From NCBI GenBank assembly GCA_016720585.1, contig JADKKH010000006.1:197379-261378 (forward strand): a stretch of 64,000 bases of DNA. The letters are read 5' to 3'. This stretch comes from Chitinophagaceae bacterium. Lineage in GTDB: Bacteria > Bacteroidota > Bacteroidia > Chitinophagales > Chitinophagaceae. The stretch's first letter is position 1. Every line of letters starts with the position of its first letter. Position numbers and translations under genes: made by a program. Under the pieces are notes generated by a model. It had not been told where the DNA came from and searched no databases. It worked only from the letters and a program-made list of their open reading frames with translations. Below, in pieces: positions 17,373 through 27,334 of this stretch.

Positions 17373-18359
17373 GTGGCCAAATTTCTCATCATACGTTTTT
17401 CTTCGATTGGTGATATTGTACTCACCTCACCCGTTATCCGCTGCCTGAAAAAACAGGTACCGGATGCGGAAGTACATTTTTTAACCAACAATACTTTCCG
17501 TGCTGTTGTAGAACACAATCCTTATATAGACAAACTGCATGTGTTGGCTCATAGCTGGGAATTAATGATCGAAGAATTGAAGACAGAAGAGTATGATTAT
17601 ATCATTGATCTTCATCACAACACTAAAACTTTTAGGGTAAAAAACACTTTGAAGAAAAAATCGTTTTCTTTTTACAAACTCAATATTCAAAAATATTTCT
17701 ACACGGCTTTTAAAATAAACCTGCTGCCCAAACTTCATATTGTTGACCGGTATTTGAAAACAGTACAATCCTTTGGCGTAAAAAATGACGGGAAAGGGTT
17801 GGATTATTTTATTGATTCATCTGAAGAAATAAAAAAACAGGATATTCCGGCTTCCCATTCTGCTGGTTATATTGCCTGTGTCATTGGTGGCGCTCATGGC
17901 ACCAAACGCTGGCCGGTGCATAAATGGAAGGAATTTTGTTTACAAATGAAACACCCCATTATTTTATTGGGCGGAAAGGAGGACTATGCCCATGGAAATG
18001 AGATTGCTTCTGCAGATGCCATAAAAGTGTACAATGCCTGTGGCAAATTCAAATTAAATGAAAGTGCCGACCTGGTGCGAAAGGCAAAACTGGTGATCAC
18101 GAATGATACCGGGCTAATGCATATTGCTGCGGCATTTAACAGACCCATTCTTTCTCTCTGGGGCAATACCGTGCCGGCTTTCGGCATGTATCCTTATTAT
18201 GGAGATGCTCCGGTGAACGATCAGCGTTTCGAAACATCAGGTCTCTGGTGCAGGCCCTGTTCCAAAATTGGGTTTGATAAATGTCCACTGGGGCATTTTA
18301 AATGCATGGAAAAAATTTCATCCAGGGAACTGCATGAAAGAGCCAATCAAAAATTATAG
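17373..18359 (+). CDS. glycosyltransferase family 9 (heptosyltransferase-like)
   Basis: GTG start. IIRFSSIGDIVLTSPVIRCLK N-terminus and NDTGLMHIAAA motif characteristic of GT9. Confidence 0.8.
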   Translation: MAKFLIIRFSSIGDIVLTSPVIRCLKKQVPDAEVHFLTNNTFRAVVEHNPYIDKLHVLAHSWELMIEELKTEEYDYIIDLHHNTKTFRVKNTLKKKSFSFYKLNIQKYFYTAFKINLLPKLHIVDRYLKTVQSFGVKNDGKGLDYFIDSSEEIKKQDIPASHSAGYIACVIGGAHGTKRWPVHKWKEFCLQMKHPIILLGGKEDYAHGNEIASADAIKVYNACGKFKLNESADLVRKAKLVITNDTGLMHIAAAFNRPILSLWGNTVPAFGMYPYYGDAPVNDQRFETSGLWCRPCSKIGFDKCPLGHFKCMEKISSRELHERANQKL

Positions 18360-18751
18360 CTCAATCCGGGGTCTTCCGAAAAGTTATTTTCCTGAAAGTA
18401 TCAGACAAAATATAGATACTGTTATTAATTATTCCAGAAAAAAATCGCGAGCAAAGTAAAGCTTACGATAAAACCTGCAATAACCAATCCGGCCTGTACA
18501 TTTTCATTTTTTGTAAGAAGTCTAATTTTCTTCATAACCTGATTTTTAAAAGTGAAAAAATAACCAGGTTTTCCAGGAGTTGGTGTGAGGCGATTCAATA
18601 AGGATTAGGAAAGAATGAGAACTGCAAATTTATGAAAGAGATTCTTCAGATACAAGTGAATGACCATTTAAATTAGACTATTGATAGGTTATCGGAAAAC
18701 TACGACCCACTGCCTGAAACTTTAATCATCACAAGATTGTAATTTCATACT

Positions 18752-19705
18752 ATGACTTCTGTCTTTCAATCAATTATGGTTACCAGCTTTCTGTTTTTGT
18801 GTGTTCCTGTTTTTAGTTACCAGCAACCGGAAGGTTCTATCGACTCGTTCAGGATCTATGGGGATATAAAAATCACCATCGACCGTCCAGCTGATTTCTC
18901 CGAATCCAGAAAAACGATTATCACTTTCTTTGCATTGCCGAATGGAAATAGTACGGAACAAACCATGGGTAAGAAGTTGCAGCCCGGTGATGACTGGCAT
19001 TTTGATATTCAACACATCCGGGCACAGACAGCATTTATCCGGCAACAGTTAAGCAACCAAAATTTTGTAGTTATTTATTTAGAGAATAATTATAAGAGCT
19101 GGCCATCCTGGAAACAGAAACACCCGGATTTCAAAAAGGAAATACCGCATTTAGTTGATTCATTAACGGGCTTATTCAATTCCAGGCGTACGAACATATA
19201 CCTGAATGGTCACAGCGGCGGGGGTAGTTTTATTTTTGGTTACCTGGCCGGGGTGGAGCACATTCCCGGCCGGGTAAAACGAATCAGTTTCCTGGACAGC
19301 GATTATGGATATGATAGCAGTTACTATCCAAAATTTTCCCGGTGGCTGAAAGAAGTAAAAGGGTCGGCCTTAAATGTATTTGCCTACAATGATAGTGTTG
19401 CATTATATAATGGGAAACCCGTTGTGTCGGCTACCGGCGGCACCTGGTACAGGAGTCATTTGCTGCTGAAGCACCTGCAGGATGATTTTGTATTTTCTCA
19501 ATCCCTTACGGATAGTCTTATTATTTACCGGAATAGAGACAAGCGTATACAATTCTTTTTCAAAGGGAATGTCAACCGTGGTATTTATCATACCCAGCAG
19601 GTTGAGTTGAATGGATTTATACATTCCGTTTTATGCGGAACAAAATTTGATTCTGAAAAATACCGCTATTATGGGGTTCGGGCCTATACGCCGTTTATTG
19701 AATAG
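18752..19705 (+). CDS. hypothetical exported protein, possible alpha/beta hydrolase
   Basis: N-terminal hydrophobic signal and a GHSGGG nucleophile-elbow-like motif (LNGHSGGGSFIFGY). Otherwise unrecognised. Confidence 0.5.
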   Translation: MTSVFQSIMVTSFLFLCVPVFSYQQPEGSIDSFRIYGDIKITIDRPADFSESRKTIITFFALPNGNSTEQTMGKKLQPGDDWHFDIQHIRAQTAFIRQQLSNQNFVVIYLENNYKSWPSWKQKHPDFKKEIPHLVDSLTGLFNSRRTNIYLNGHSGGGSFIFGYLAGVEHIPGRVKRISFLDSDYGYDSSYYPKFSRWLKEVKGSALNVFAYNDSVALYNGKPVVSATGGTWYRSHLLLKHLQDDFVFSQSLTDSLIIYRNRDKRIQFFFKGNVNRGIYHTQQVELNGFIHSVLCGTKFDSEKYRYYGVRAYTPFIE

Positions 19706-19773
19706 TTTAGCAGCCGGAGTTAACGCAAGTGGGAAATAATTACAAATAGTGGTGAGGTATTGCTTCCGGAAGT

Positions 19774-20187
19774 TTACTGGTATTCTATCTGGAATAAAAC
19801 CGGGAATTGTTTTTTTAGTTTCTCCTGTTTTTTCCTGTCAATCTTTTCGAAGAAATTGTTATAGCGCTGAAGACATAGTAGTTTTAGTGCCCGGAATTGT
19901 CCTTCCTGTATTTCCTTTATCACCACCTGGACCACCAGTTCCGGAACATTCCCGGTTGCTTTGGTAAATAGTATTTTGCTTTGCATCTGCCCCGTGCCCA
20001 TAAAACTTTTGAATAAACGGTCTTGTATGTAATGTGCCAGGTTATCAGCATTAACCGTGTCACGGCCAACAGAAACAGTGCCTGTTTCATCCACAATCAC
20101 CTGCAGAATTTTTTCTGCAGGTAAATTTATAGCTGGAGATCCGGGCAAAGGATCTCCAAAAGCAAATAATACATAAAGCAGTAACAT
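19774..20187 (-). CDS. hypothetical protein
   Basis: 137-aa ORF with a short hydrophobic N-terminus and no diagnostic motif. Confidence 0.4.
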   Translation of the reverse strand: MLLLYVLFAFGDPLPGSPAINLPAEKILQVIVDETGTVSVGRDTVNADNLAHYIQDRLFKSFMGTGQMQSKILFTKATGNVPELVVQVVIKEIQEGQFRALKLLCLQRYNNFFEKIDRKKQEKLKKQFPVLFQIEYQ

Positions 20188-20228
20188 GGTTAACGGCTCA
20201 TTAAGAATCGACTAAGATAATGAGAAAA

Positions 20229-22133
20229 TCATTGCAGCTCACTTAGTTCAAGCCAGCGGAGTTCTTTTTCATCCAGGAGGCGGGTCACTTCGCCGATGCG
20301 TTGGGAGAGCTCTTGTAATTCCCCAAAAGGGGTATCCCCACTGTTCAATTTTTTATGGATGGCCTCCTTTTCCTCTGTCAGGGCAACAATTTCTTTTCCC
20401 ACGGATTCAAAATCTCTTTTTTCTTTGAACGATAACTGACGTTTGGTTTTAACTTCCGGTTGCTGATTGGTTTTAGCAAGTGGAACGTCATTGCTGTTGT
20501 TAAAAGTTCCGGTTATGGGCAGGGTATTGCCTGCGGCCTGCTGCTCTTTCAGCCATAAACGGTATTGCGAATAATTGCCAGGGAAATCCCGGATAACACC
20601 CTGGCCTTCAAAAATGAATAAATGATCCACCAGCCGGTCCATAAAATAACGATCATGGGATACGATCAGTAAACAACCCGGGAACTCACTTAGAAAATTT
20701 TCCAGCACACCTAAGGTTGGCAGGTCCAGATCGTTGGTAGGTTCATCCAGGATTAAAAAATTGGGGTTCCGGAACAGGATGGAAAGTAAATGCAACCTTC
20801 TTTTTTCGCCACCGCTGAGTTTGCTGATGTAGGTATATTGTTTTTCCGGGTCAAATAAAAATAACTGCAGAAACTGGGCCGCACTTAAAGACCCCCCGCT
20901 GGCCAGCGGAAAATGTTCTGCAATGTCTTTTACAAATTCTATAACCCGCATATCTTCCTTTACTACCAGGCCCAGCTGGGAGTAATTGCCAAAGATCACA
21001 GTATCGCCGATATTTACTTTACCGCTATCGGGTTGCTCAATTCCCTGGATGATATTTATAAAAGTGGATTTGCCGGTTCCGTTTTTTCCGGCTACACCAA
21101 TGCGTTCACCCTTTTTAAAAGTGTAATCAAAGCCTTTCAGCAAAATTTTTTCGCCATAGCTTTTATTTAATTTTTTCAGCTCGGCAATTTTTCCGCCGAG
21201 GCGGTTCATCTTCATATCTAATTGCAGCTGCTCATCAACTACTTGTTGTTTGGCCTTTTTTTCGACCACATAAAAATTATCCTGGCGACTTTTACTTTTC
21301 GTTGTCCTGGCTTTGGGTTGTTTACGCATCCATTCCAGTTCCCGGCGATAGGTATTTTTTGCTTTATCAATGCTGGCCAGGTCATTTTCGATCCGGGCCG
21401 ATTTCTTCTCCAGGTAATTCTGGTAATCGCCCTTATGGACATAAATATTACTTCCTTCCATTTCCCATATTTCATTACAGGCGGCATCCAGGAAATAACG
21501 ATCGTGGGTAACAAGCAGCAGGGTGATATTTTCTTTGTCAAAATAATGCTCCAGCCATTCCACCATTTCCACGTCCAGGTGGTTGGTTGGTTCATCCATG
21601 ATCAGCAATACATGCTTATGCTCAAAACCGATATCAATTAATGTTTTTGCGAGGGCTACTCTTTTCCGTTGGCCGCCACTCAATTTATTCACCGGTTGCT
21701 GTAAGTGATGAATATTTAGTTTGCTTAATACCTGTTTTACTTTGGCATCAAAATCCCAGGCTCCCAGATCATCCATGTTGATAATGGCGGCGCTTAATTT
21801 ATCCGGGTCGCCCTCTTCTTCCATTAATTCATATTCCTTTATGGCATTAATGATGGGATGATTGTGAAAGAAAATATTATCGAGAACAGATTTTTCTTCT
21901 GCAAAGGAAGGTTCCTGTTCAAGTAATACCACATCCACTTCTTTATTAACCCAAACCTTACCGGCATCCCCGATTTCTTTACCCGCCAATATCCTCAATA
22001 AAGTGGATTTGCCGGTGCCATTCCGGGCGACCAGGGCTATTTTATCGCCTTCTTCTATATTAAAGGAAATATTCTCAAATAATGGCTGAATGCCGTAACT
22101 CTTTGTCAAACCCTCAACTGAAACGTAGTGCAT
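20229..22133 (-). CDS. ABC-F family ATPase (Uup/YheS-like)
   Basis: Two Walker A motifs (ARNGTGKST, GKNGTGKST), two signatures (LSGGQRKR, LSGGEKRR), and charged linker and C-terminal coiled-coil regions. I chose the start at MHYVSVEGL (cat 22131-22133), which avoids overlap with the upstream gene. Confidence 0.9.
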   Translation of the reverse strand: MHYVSVEGLTKSYGIQPLFENISFNIEEGDKIALVARNGTGKSTLLRILAGKEIGDAGKVWVNKEVDVVLLEQEPSFAEEKSVLDNIFFHNHPIINAIKEYELMEEEGDPDKLSAAIINMDDLGAWDFDAKVKQVLSKLNIHHLQQPVNKLSGGQRKRVALAKTLIDIGFEHKHVLLIMDEPTNHLDVEMVEWLEHYFDKENITLLLVTHDRYFLDAACNEIWEMEGSNIYVHKGDYQNYLEKKSARIENDLASIDKAKNTYRRELEWMRKQPKARTTKSKSRQDNFYVVEKKAKQQVVDEQLQLDMKMNRLGGKIAELKKLNKSYGEKILLKGFDYTFKKGERIGVAGKNGTGKSTFINIIQGIEQPDSGKVNIGDTVIFGNYSQLGLVVKEDMRVIEFVKDIAEHFPLASGGSLSAAQFLQLFLFDPEKQYTYISKLSGGEKRRLHLLSILFRNPNFLILDEPTNDLDLPTLGVLENFLSEFPGCLLIVSHDRYFMDRLVDHLFIFEGQGVIRDFPGNYSQYRLWLKEQQAAGNTLPITGTFNNSNDVPLAKTNQQPEVKTKRQLSFKEKRDFESVGKEIVALTEEKEAIHKKLNSGDTPFGELQELSQRIGEVTRLLDEKELRWLELSELQ

Positions 22134-22147
22134 TCCGCAAAGATAAC

Positions 22148-22801
22148 CTAACGGCCCGCAAGATAGATGAGGCCGCAAAGAATGATCGTAGCGGTAATAA
22201 TGAGGATTAGCGAATATTTTTCCAGGCGATTTTTTCTTTCAGTTTTTCGGATGAATTCAGCTACTAGTTGGTCTGCTTTTTCATCTCTTTCAGCTAATCT
22301 GGATAACCGGGTGGTGATTTCGTTTGTGAAAAATTTTGGCAGGGGGTGCAGGATACGGAGTATGGTGCTGACTATTTCTCTGATAGTTTCAGGTTCGTTG
22401 AATTTCTTAAGCTCTTCAATCGTTGAACCAGGCAGCAGGTCCAGTACATATTGTTTCAGACCTTCTTTATCTAACCTGAATACATCCAGTGTAGAAACAT
22501 ATTTGTCCAGTTCCAAGGACTGCTTTAAAACAGTCACAGGAGTAATCACATCCTGTGTTTTTCGAATACCGGCACTTTGGTTATACCAGCGTTGTTGCAG
22601 GTAGTATTCTTTTTTGGAGGGGTGGGTCAGTACTTCGTAGGCTTCCTTGATTGCTGCGAACTGAGCAGTGGCGTAAGGGTCATTTTGATTTTTATCCGGG
22701 TGATAGCGCAGGGCCAGTTTTCGATACGCCTTTTTAATTTCCTGCAGGGTTGCAGAAGTTTCTATTTCCAGTAAACCGTAATAATCTTTCAGGTGCATCA
22801 T
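22148..22801 (-). CDS. J-domain (DnaJ-like) protein with C-terminal membrane anchor
   Basis: N-terminal [25 protein letters not shown] with the HPD motif, and a C-terminal hydrophobic helix [17 protein letters not shown]. Confidence 0.8.
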   Translation of the reverse strand: MMHLKDYYGLLEIETSATLQEIKKAYRKLALRYHPDKNQNDPYATAQFAAIKEAYEVLTHPSKKEYYLQQRWYNQSAGIRKTQDVITPVTVLKQSLELDKYVSTLDVFRLDKEGLKQYVLDLLPGSTIEELKKFNEPETIREIVSTILRILHPLPKFFTNEITTRLSRLAERDEKADQLVAEFIRKTERKNRLEKYSLILIITATIILCGLIYLAGR

Positions 22802-22947
22802 TGTTTGCGAAGTTAGGAGTTGGCTGATATGATTATTTGCTGATTTTTATCAGATATTTACAACCTCCTTGTATATCAAACAGTCTTGTTTCTGTAATTT
22901 GGACTAAATTTAGGGGGAACACTTCTTCATCTTTAAAATATATTAGC

Positions 22948-23715
22948 ATGAATAATGATTCTAAAAACAATCGCCGGGAATTTTTAAAAACCACCGGCAA
23001 AGCCGGCCTGGCAGCTGGACTTTCTTTAACTGTATTGCCTTCACTGGCAGAAAAGTATAATTCAAAAAATTATTTCAGGATAACGGGCGATGACATATCA
23101 TACAGTCAACAGCCTCTTCCTTATGCATATGATGCTTTACTGCCTGCCATTGATGCCATGACAATGGAAATCCATTATTCAAAACATGCGGCTGCTTATG
23201 CAAAGAACCTGGCTGATGCTGTAACTGCAGAAGGAGTAGATACTGGTAAAACTTCCCTGACAGATTTATTAGGAGGTATTTCAAAATACTCTGTAAAAAT
23301 GCGCAACAATGCCGGGGGCCATTATAATCATGAGTTGTTCTGGAAAACAATGAAAGCTCCGGGGAAAGATATCCCTGTACCTGCAGAAAGCTTACTGAAT
23401 GCTATTGAAAAAAACTTTACTTCAGTAGATGCTTTTAAAACACAGTTCTCGGATGCAGCGAAAGGCAGGTTTGGCAGCGGATGGGCATGGCTGGTGCTGG
23501 GAGCGGATAAGAAATTATTAATTGGTTCTACTCCTAACCAGGACAATCCCTTAATGGGCATCAGCGAATTAAAGGGAATTCCTTTGCTTTGTCTTGATGT
23601 ATGGGAGCATGCATACTATCTGAAATACCAGAACCGCCGCCCCGACTATATTACCAATTGGTGGAGTGTGGTAAACTGGGATGTTGTGCAAAAAAGATTT
23701 GATGCTGTGAAGTAA
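22948..23715 (+). CDS. Fe/Mn superoxide dismutase with twin-arginine (Tat) signal
   Basis: The start at MNNDSKNNRREFLKTTGKAGLAAGLSL gives an RR Tat motif. SOD motifs are HYSKHAAAY, NNAGGHYNHELFW and DVWEHAYYL. Confidence 0.9.
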   Translation: MNNDSKNNRREFLKTTGKAGLAAGLSLTVLPSLAEKYNSKNYFRITGDDISYSQQPLPYAYDALLPAIDAMTMEIHYSKHAAAYAKNLADAVTAEGVDTGKTSLTDLLGGISKYSVKMRNNAGGHYNHELFWKTMKAPGKDIPVPAESLLNAIEKNFTSVDAFKTQFSDAAKGRFGSGWAWLVLGADKKLLIGSTPNQDNPLMGISELKGIPLLCLDVWEHAYYLKYQNRRPDYITNWWSVVNWDVVQKRFDAVK

Positions 23716-23747
23716 TTGTAAATAACCACTCAATATTTTTATTATTT

Positions 23748-23780
23748 AATGGCTGTTCACCAAAGCAGCCATTTTCTTTT
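23748..23780 (+). terminator. Rho-independent terminator after the SOD gene
   Basis: Stem aatggctg (23748-23755) / cagccatt (23766-23773) followed by TTTCTTTT. Confidence 0.6.
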
Positions 23781-25419
23781 AACTGAATTTAGTCTTGACA
23801 AACAACCGGAAGGCCGTGAGAGCGGTTATTATAACAGAAACATAAAAGAATACCCGGATAAGTTGTTTATCTCCTTTGTACATCATCAGCAGGGTAGAGC
23901 AGATAAGCATCAGACCCAGTAAAAAAACAAAGCCCATCCGGTTAATGCCCTGCCGCAAAGCTTTATTGGTAAAGCTGTCCTCCTGCAGGTTTATCTCATG
24001 CTTCAGCACCCCACGCTTCAGGTTACTCATGACTTCTTTAACATCCCGGGGAAATTTATCAATGAAATAAATATAATCTTCCGCGGAGCTGGTAATTTGA
24101 TTCAGAATGGCTTTCCAGGTAAATTTTTCCTGTATCTTTTCAATCGCATACGGACGTATCATATCTGCCAGGGATATGCTGGCTTCCAGGTTCTCCCCGA
24201 ATTTCTGAATGGTGGCTATCGTTTTTATCAGCATAAAAAGATTGGCAGGAACTTTCAGATCGTATTTGATAATGGTTTTAAAGGTTTCAGACATCAACTG
24301 GGACATATCCACCTGATCATACGGGATATAGTTATACCTTTTCATGACCTCGCTTATTTCAAATTCAAGATCTTCGAAATTTTTAAAGTAAGAAACGTCG
24401 CAGAGATTCAGCAAGGCCCGGGTGAATTTCCGGGTATCATTTTGGGAAAATCCCAGCATAAAATTAATAAGTGCCTGAATTTGTTTCGGCTTCAGTGTTG
24501 CCGCCATGCCATGATCCATCAGAACGATCTGGTTGTCGCCCCGGATAAAAATATTACCGGGATGGGGGTCGGCATGGAAGAACCCATGCTTGAGAATCAT
24601 TTTTAATATGATATGCGTACCGTTCTCCGCTATCAGTTGCGTATTGAAACCGGCTTCTTTCAATGCGAGCGGATTATCGGGTCTCATGCCTGCCACATAC
24701 TCCATAATGAGTAATTTCTGTGAAGTGTATTGCGAAGCCACCTGGGGAATATAACAGGTTACATCATCTTTAAACATTTCAGCAAATCGTTTCATGTTGG
24801 AGGCCTCATTGGTGTAATCGAGTTCTTTCATCATATTATCACCAAAATCTTCCACGAAGCCTACCACATTAAAGTGTGCCAGTTCCGGATATGACTTTAC
24901 AGCATATTGTGCCAATATCTTCATCAGCACCAGGTCCAGTTTTATTTTTTGCTTGATCGCAGGCCGCTGCACTTTTACGACAACTTCTTCCCCGGTTAAC
25001 AGGGTTCCTTTGTACACCTGGCCAATGGAAGCGGATGCGAGTGGTTTGGTATCAAATTTTGAAAAAACTTTTTTTATCGGGTCGCCCAGTTCTTCTTCAA
25101 TGATGCGGACGGCCGCATCACTATCAAAGGGCCTTGCAGCGGCCTGTAATTTTTTTAACTCATCGCGGAGTTGTTCAGAGGCCAGGTCGGGTCTGTCTGC
25201 GAGAATTTGTCCAAACTTGATAAAAGTGGGCCCCAGGTCTTCAATGATAAGGCGGATGCGTTGCGGGCGGGTAGTCAGTTTTTTGCCTTTGGGGTCGAAA
25301 ATGCGACGGAACCAACTGTGGAAGAACCAGTTTTTAACCAGGTGCCTCAGAAAGATCAGGATGATCGTGATCAGGCGGAACGTATTGCGGAAAAAATTTC
25401 TGAGCTGGAATATCCACAT
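23779..25419 (-). CDS. ABC1/UbiB family atypical kinase
   Basis: 546 aa. Motifs LGPTFIKFGQILADRPDL, ASIGQVYKG, VVVKVQRP and FFHADPHPGNIF, with C-terminal TM helices. Confidence 0.85.
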   Translation of the reverse strand: MWIFQLRNFFRNTFRLITIILIFLRHLVKNWFFHSWFRRIFDPKGKKLTTRPQRIRLIIEDLGPTFIKFGQILADRPDLASEQLRDELKKLQAAARPFDSDAAVRIIEEELGDPIKKVFSKFDTKPLASASIGQVYKGTLLTGEEVVVKVQRPAIKQKIKLDLVLMKILAQYAVKSYPELAHFNVVGFVEDFGDNMMKELDYTNEASNMKRFAEMFKDDVTCYIPQVASQYTSQKLLIMEYVAGMRPDNPLALKEAGFNTQLIAENGTHIILKMILKHGFFHADPHPGNIFIRGDNQIVLMDHGMAATLKPKQIQALINFMLGFSQNDTRKFTRALLNLCDVSYFKNFEDLEFEISEVMKRYNYIPYDQVDMSQLMSETFKTIIKYDLKVPANLFMLIKTIATIQKFGENLEASISLADMIRPYAIEKIQEKFTWKAILNQITSSAEDYIYFIDKFPRDVKEVMSNLKRGVLKHEINLQEDSFTNKALRQGINRMGFVFLLGLMLICSTLLMMYKGDKQLIRVFFYVSVIITALTAFRLFVKTKFS

Positions 25420-25721
25420 AGCAGGTTAGTTTGACTGGTGATTAACGACGTATGAATATAAAAATTTTACGCCAGTTATTGGATTCTGTCTATTGTATTT
25501 TCTTTAATGGCCCGCCAGTCAGTAGGCCGGGTGACCCACTGTGAGTACCTGGTAGCGATTTGCCTCTTTAACACATCTACAAAATTTTGCTAAAACTCAC
25601 CTAAATACCTTTTTATGCAACCTTCATGGCATAATAATAGCGTCCTACTGTTGTGTAATAAAGGAAGAAAACAGTTGACCATTTTCCGTATGTATTAATT
25701 TTTTACAAAAAAAATTTGGCT

Positions 25722-27257
25722 ATGAAAAGTATCTTAAAAATTACTGCACTTGCATGCGCTATTGTGCTGGGCAGTTCCCTTCAAAACAAAACATCGGCTC
25801 AGTATTATAATGATAACCGGAACGATGTTACTTACCAGACCTTTTATGACGAACTAAGTCCCTACGGCCAGTGGATCGAGTCGCCTGATTATGGTTATGT
25901 ATGGGTGCCGGATGCCGGTGATGATTTCCGTCCATATAGTACCAATGGTCATTGGGTGTGGACCGATGATTATGAATGGATGTGGGTTTCCGACTACGAT
26001 TGGGGTTGGGCGCCTTTTCACTATGGCCGCTGGTATGAAGATTCATACTATGGCTGGGTTTGGGAACCGGGTTATGAGTGGTCACCGGCCTGGGTAGCCT
26101 GGCGGGATGGTGGTGATTATTATGGCTGGGCTCCGCTGAGACCCGGGATAAACATTAGTATTAATTTCAATATTGGCAGTTATTCACCTCCTTATAGTTA
26201 TTGGAGTTTTGCACCACGGCGCTATATCACATCGCCCCGTATTTATGATTATTGTGTTGACCGGAGGCAAAATATCACCATCATAAACTACACAACAATA
26301 ATCAACCATAATAATTATAGAAGCGGTTATGGGTTCAGGTCAGGCCCGCGCCGTTATGATGCTGAAATATATTGCGGCAGGATAAACCCGGTAAGATTCC
26401 GTGACAGTTATACGCCCGGAAGAACACAATTCAGGAATAATGAAGTGAGTGTGTATCGTCCCCAGGTGCGCCAGAATGAGGGACGCCAGTATGCTCCCCG
26501 CCAGTTTGAACGATATGATAGGAGGAATGATAATCGGGTTACTTCAAATAATAATGGTTTCAGGAATAATGATAATAACAGGGGAAGAGATAATAATACA
26601 AACAATAACTACAGAAATAATCAACCGGATCGTACGGATCGGGTAATGAACCCCGGAACAGAAAACAGAAATAATACTGATTTCAGGCAGCCACGGAATA
26701 ATAACAACGACGGGCAGGTTAATCGTACAAACGATAGCAGGTTTAACAAGCCAACTGAAAGAACAGACAGGAATCCTAACAGTATTAATGAAAACAATAA
26801 CCGGCGTTTTGAAAGGCCCAACGATAATAATGGAAACAGGAAAACACCTTTTAGTCAACCGGAGTTCAAAAACAATGAACAGCCGCAACGTCAGCCGCCA
26901 CAACAAATAGAAAGGAAACAGGAACAACAAACCCGCCAGTTTGAACGCAGGGATGTTAATAGCGGAAACAGGAATACACAAGTTCGTCAACCGGAGTTCA
27001 GAAACAATGAACAGCCGCAACGCCAGCCGCCACAACAAATAGAAAGGAAACAGGAACAACAAACCCGCCAGTACGAACGCAGGGAAAACAATAGTGTAAA
27101 CAGCAATTCAACTTTCCGGCAGCCGGAAGCGAGAAACAATCAGCAGACGCAACGCCAGCCTCCGCAACAAATGGAACGGAAACAGGAACAGCAACCCCGT
27201 CAGCAAAATACAGGAGAAGGAAATAACGGAAAGGGCAATAACCGGAAAAGATTTTAG
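25722..27257 (+). CDS. exported Trp-rich (YxWGW-type repeat) protein with Asn/Gln/Arg-rich repetitive tail
   Basis: ATG at 25722 gives the signal peptide MKSILKITALACAIVLGSS. The N-terminal ~130 aa are packed with W/Y motifs (YGYVWVPD, WVWTDDYEWMWVSDYDWGWAPFHYGRW, YYGWVWEPGYEWSPAWVAW, YYGWAPL). The C-terminal ~280 aa are low complexity. Confidence 0.75.
   Translation: MKSILKITALACAIVLGSSLQNKTSAQYYNDNRNDVTYQTFYDELSPYGQWIESPDYGYVWVPDAGDDFRPYSTNGHWVWTDDYEWMWVSDYDWGWAPFHYGRWYEDSYYGWVWEPGYEWSPAWVAWRDGGDYYGWAPLRPGINISINFNIGSYSPPYSYWSFAPRRYITSPRIYDYCVDRRQNITIINYTTIINHNNYRSGYGFRSGPRRYDAEIYCGRINPVRFRDSYTPGRTQFRNNEVSVYRPQVRQNEGRQYAPRQFERYDRRNDNRVTSNNNGFRNNDNNRGRDNNTNNNYRNNQPDRTDRVMNPGTENRNNTDFRQPRNNNNDGQVNRTNDSRFNKPTERTDRNPNSINENNNRRFERPNDNNGNRKTPFSQPEFKNNEQPQRQPPQQIERKQEQQTRQFERRDVNSGNRNTQVRQPEFRNNEQPQRQPPQQIERKQEQQTRQYERRENNSVNSNSTFRQPEARNNQQTQRQPPQQMERKQEQQPRQQNTGEGNNGKGNNRKRF
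26856..27210 (+). repeat. Three tandem 132-bp (44-codon) repeats inside the CDS
   Basis: The caaccggagttc-type unit starts recur at 26856, 26988 and 27120. The encoded units are QPEF(K/R)NNEQPQRQPPQQIERKQEQQTRQ(F/Y)ERR.. The first two copies are near-identical and the third is diverged. Confidence 0.85.
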
Positions 27258-27270
27258 TATCAGCCCTGGA

Positions 27271-27310
27271 AAAAGAAAAAGACCCTGCCAACCGGCGGGG
27301 TCTTTTGTTT
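27271..27310. terminator. Bidirectional rho-independent terminator between convergent genes
   Basis: aaagaccctgcc (27278-27289) / ggcggggtcttt (27294-27305), about 12 bp including one G-U pair, 4-nt loop, with an A-run upstream and a T-run downstream. Confidence 0.8.
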
Positions 27311-27334
27311 GAAAAGCTTTTGGTGTAAAATATC

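Noticed and set aside
23876-25434. Plus-strand ORFs 23876..24070, 23998..24606, 24533..24754, 24953..25429 and 25171..25434
   Set aside because: They lie antisense within the UbiB/ABC1 kinase gene, carry no motifs, and overlap each other.
26408-27291. Minus-strand ORFs across the repetitive tail of the Trp-rich protein (for example 26544..27062 and 26998..27291)
   Set aside because: They are artefacts of low-complexity tandem repeats that stay open in several frames. The plus-strand frame is continuous with a signal peptide and the W-rich domain.
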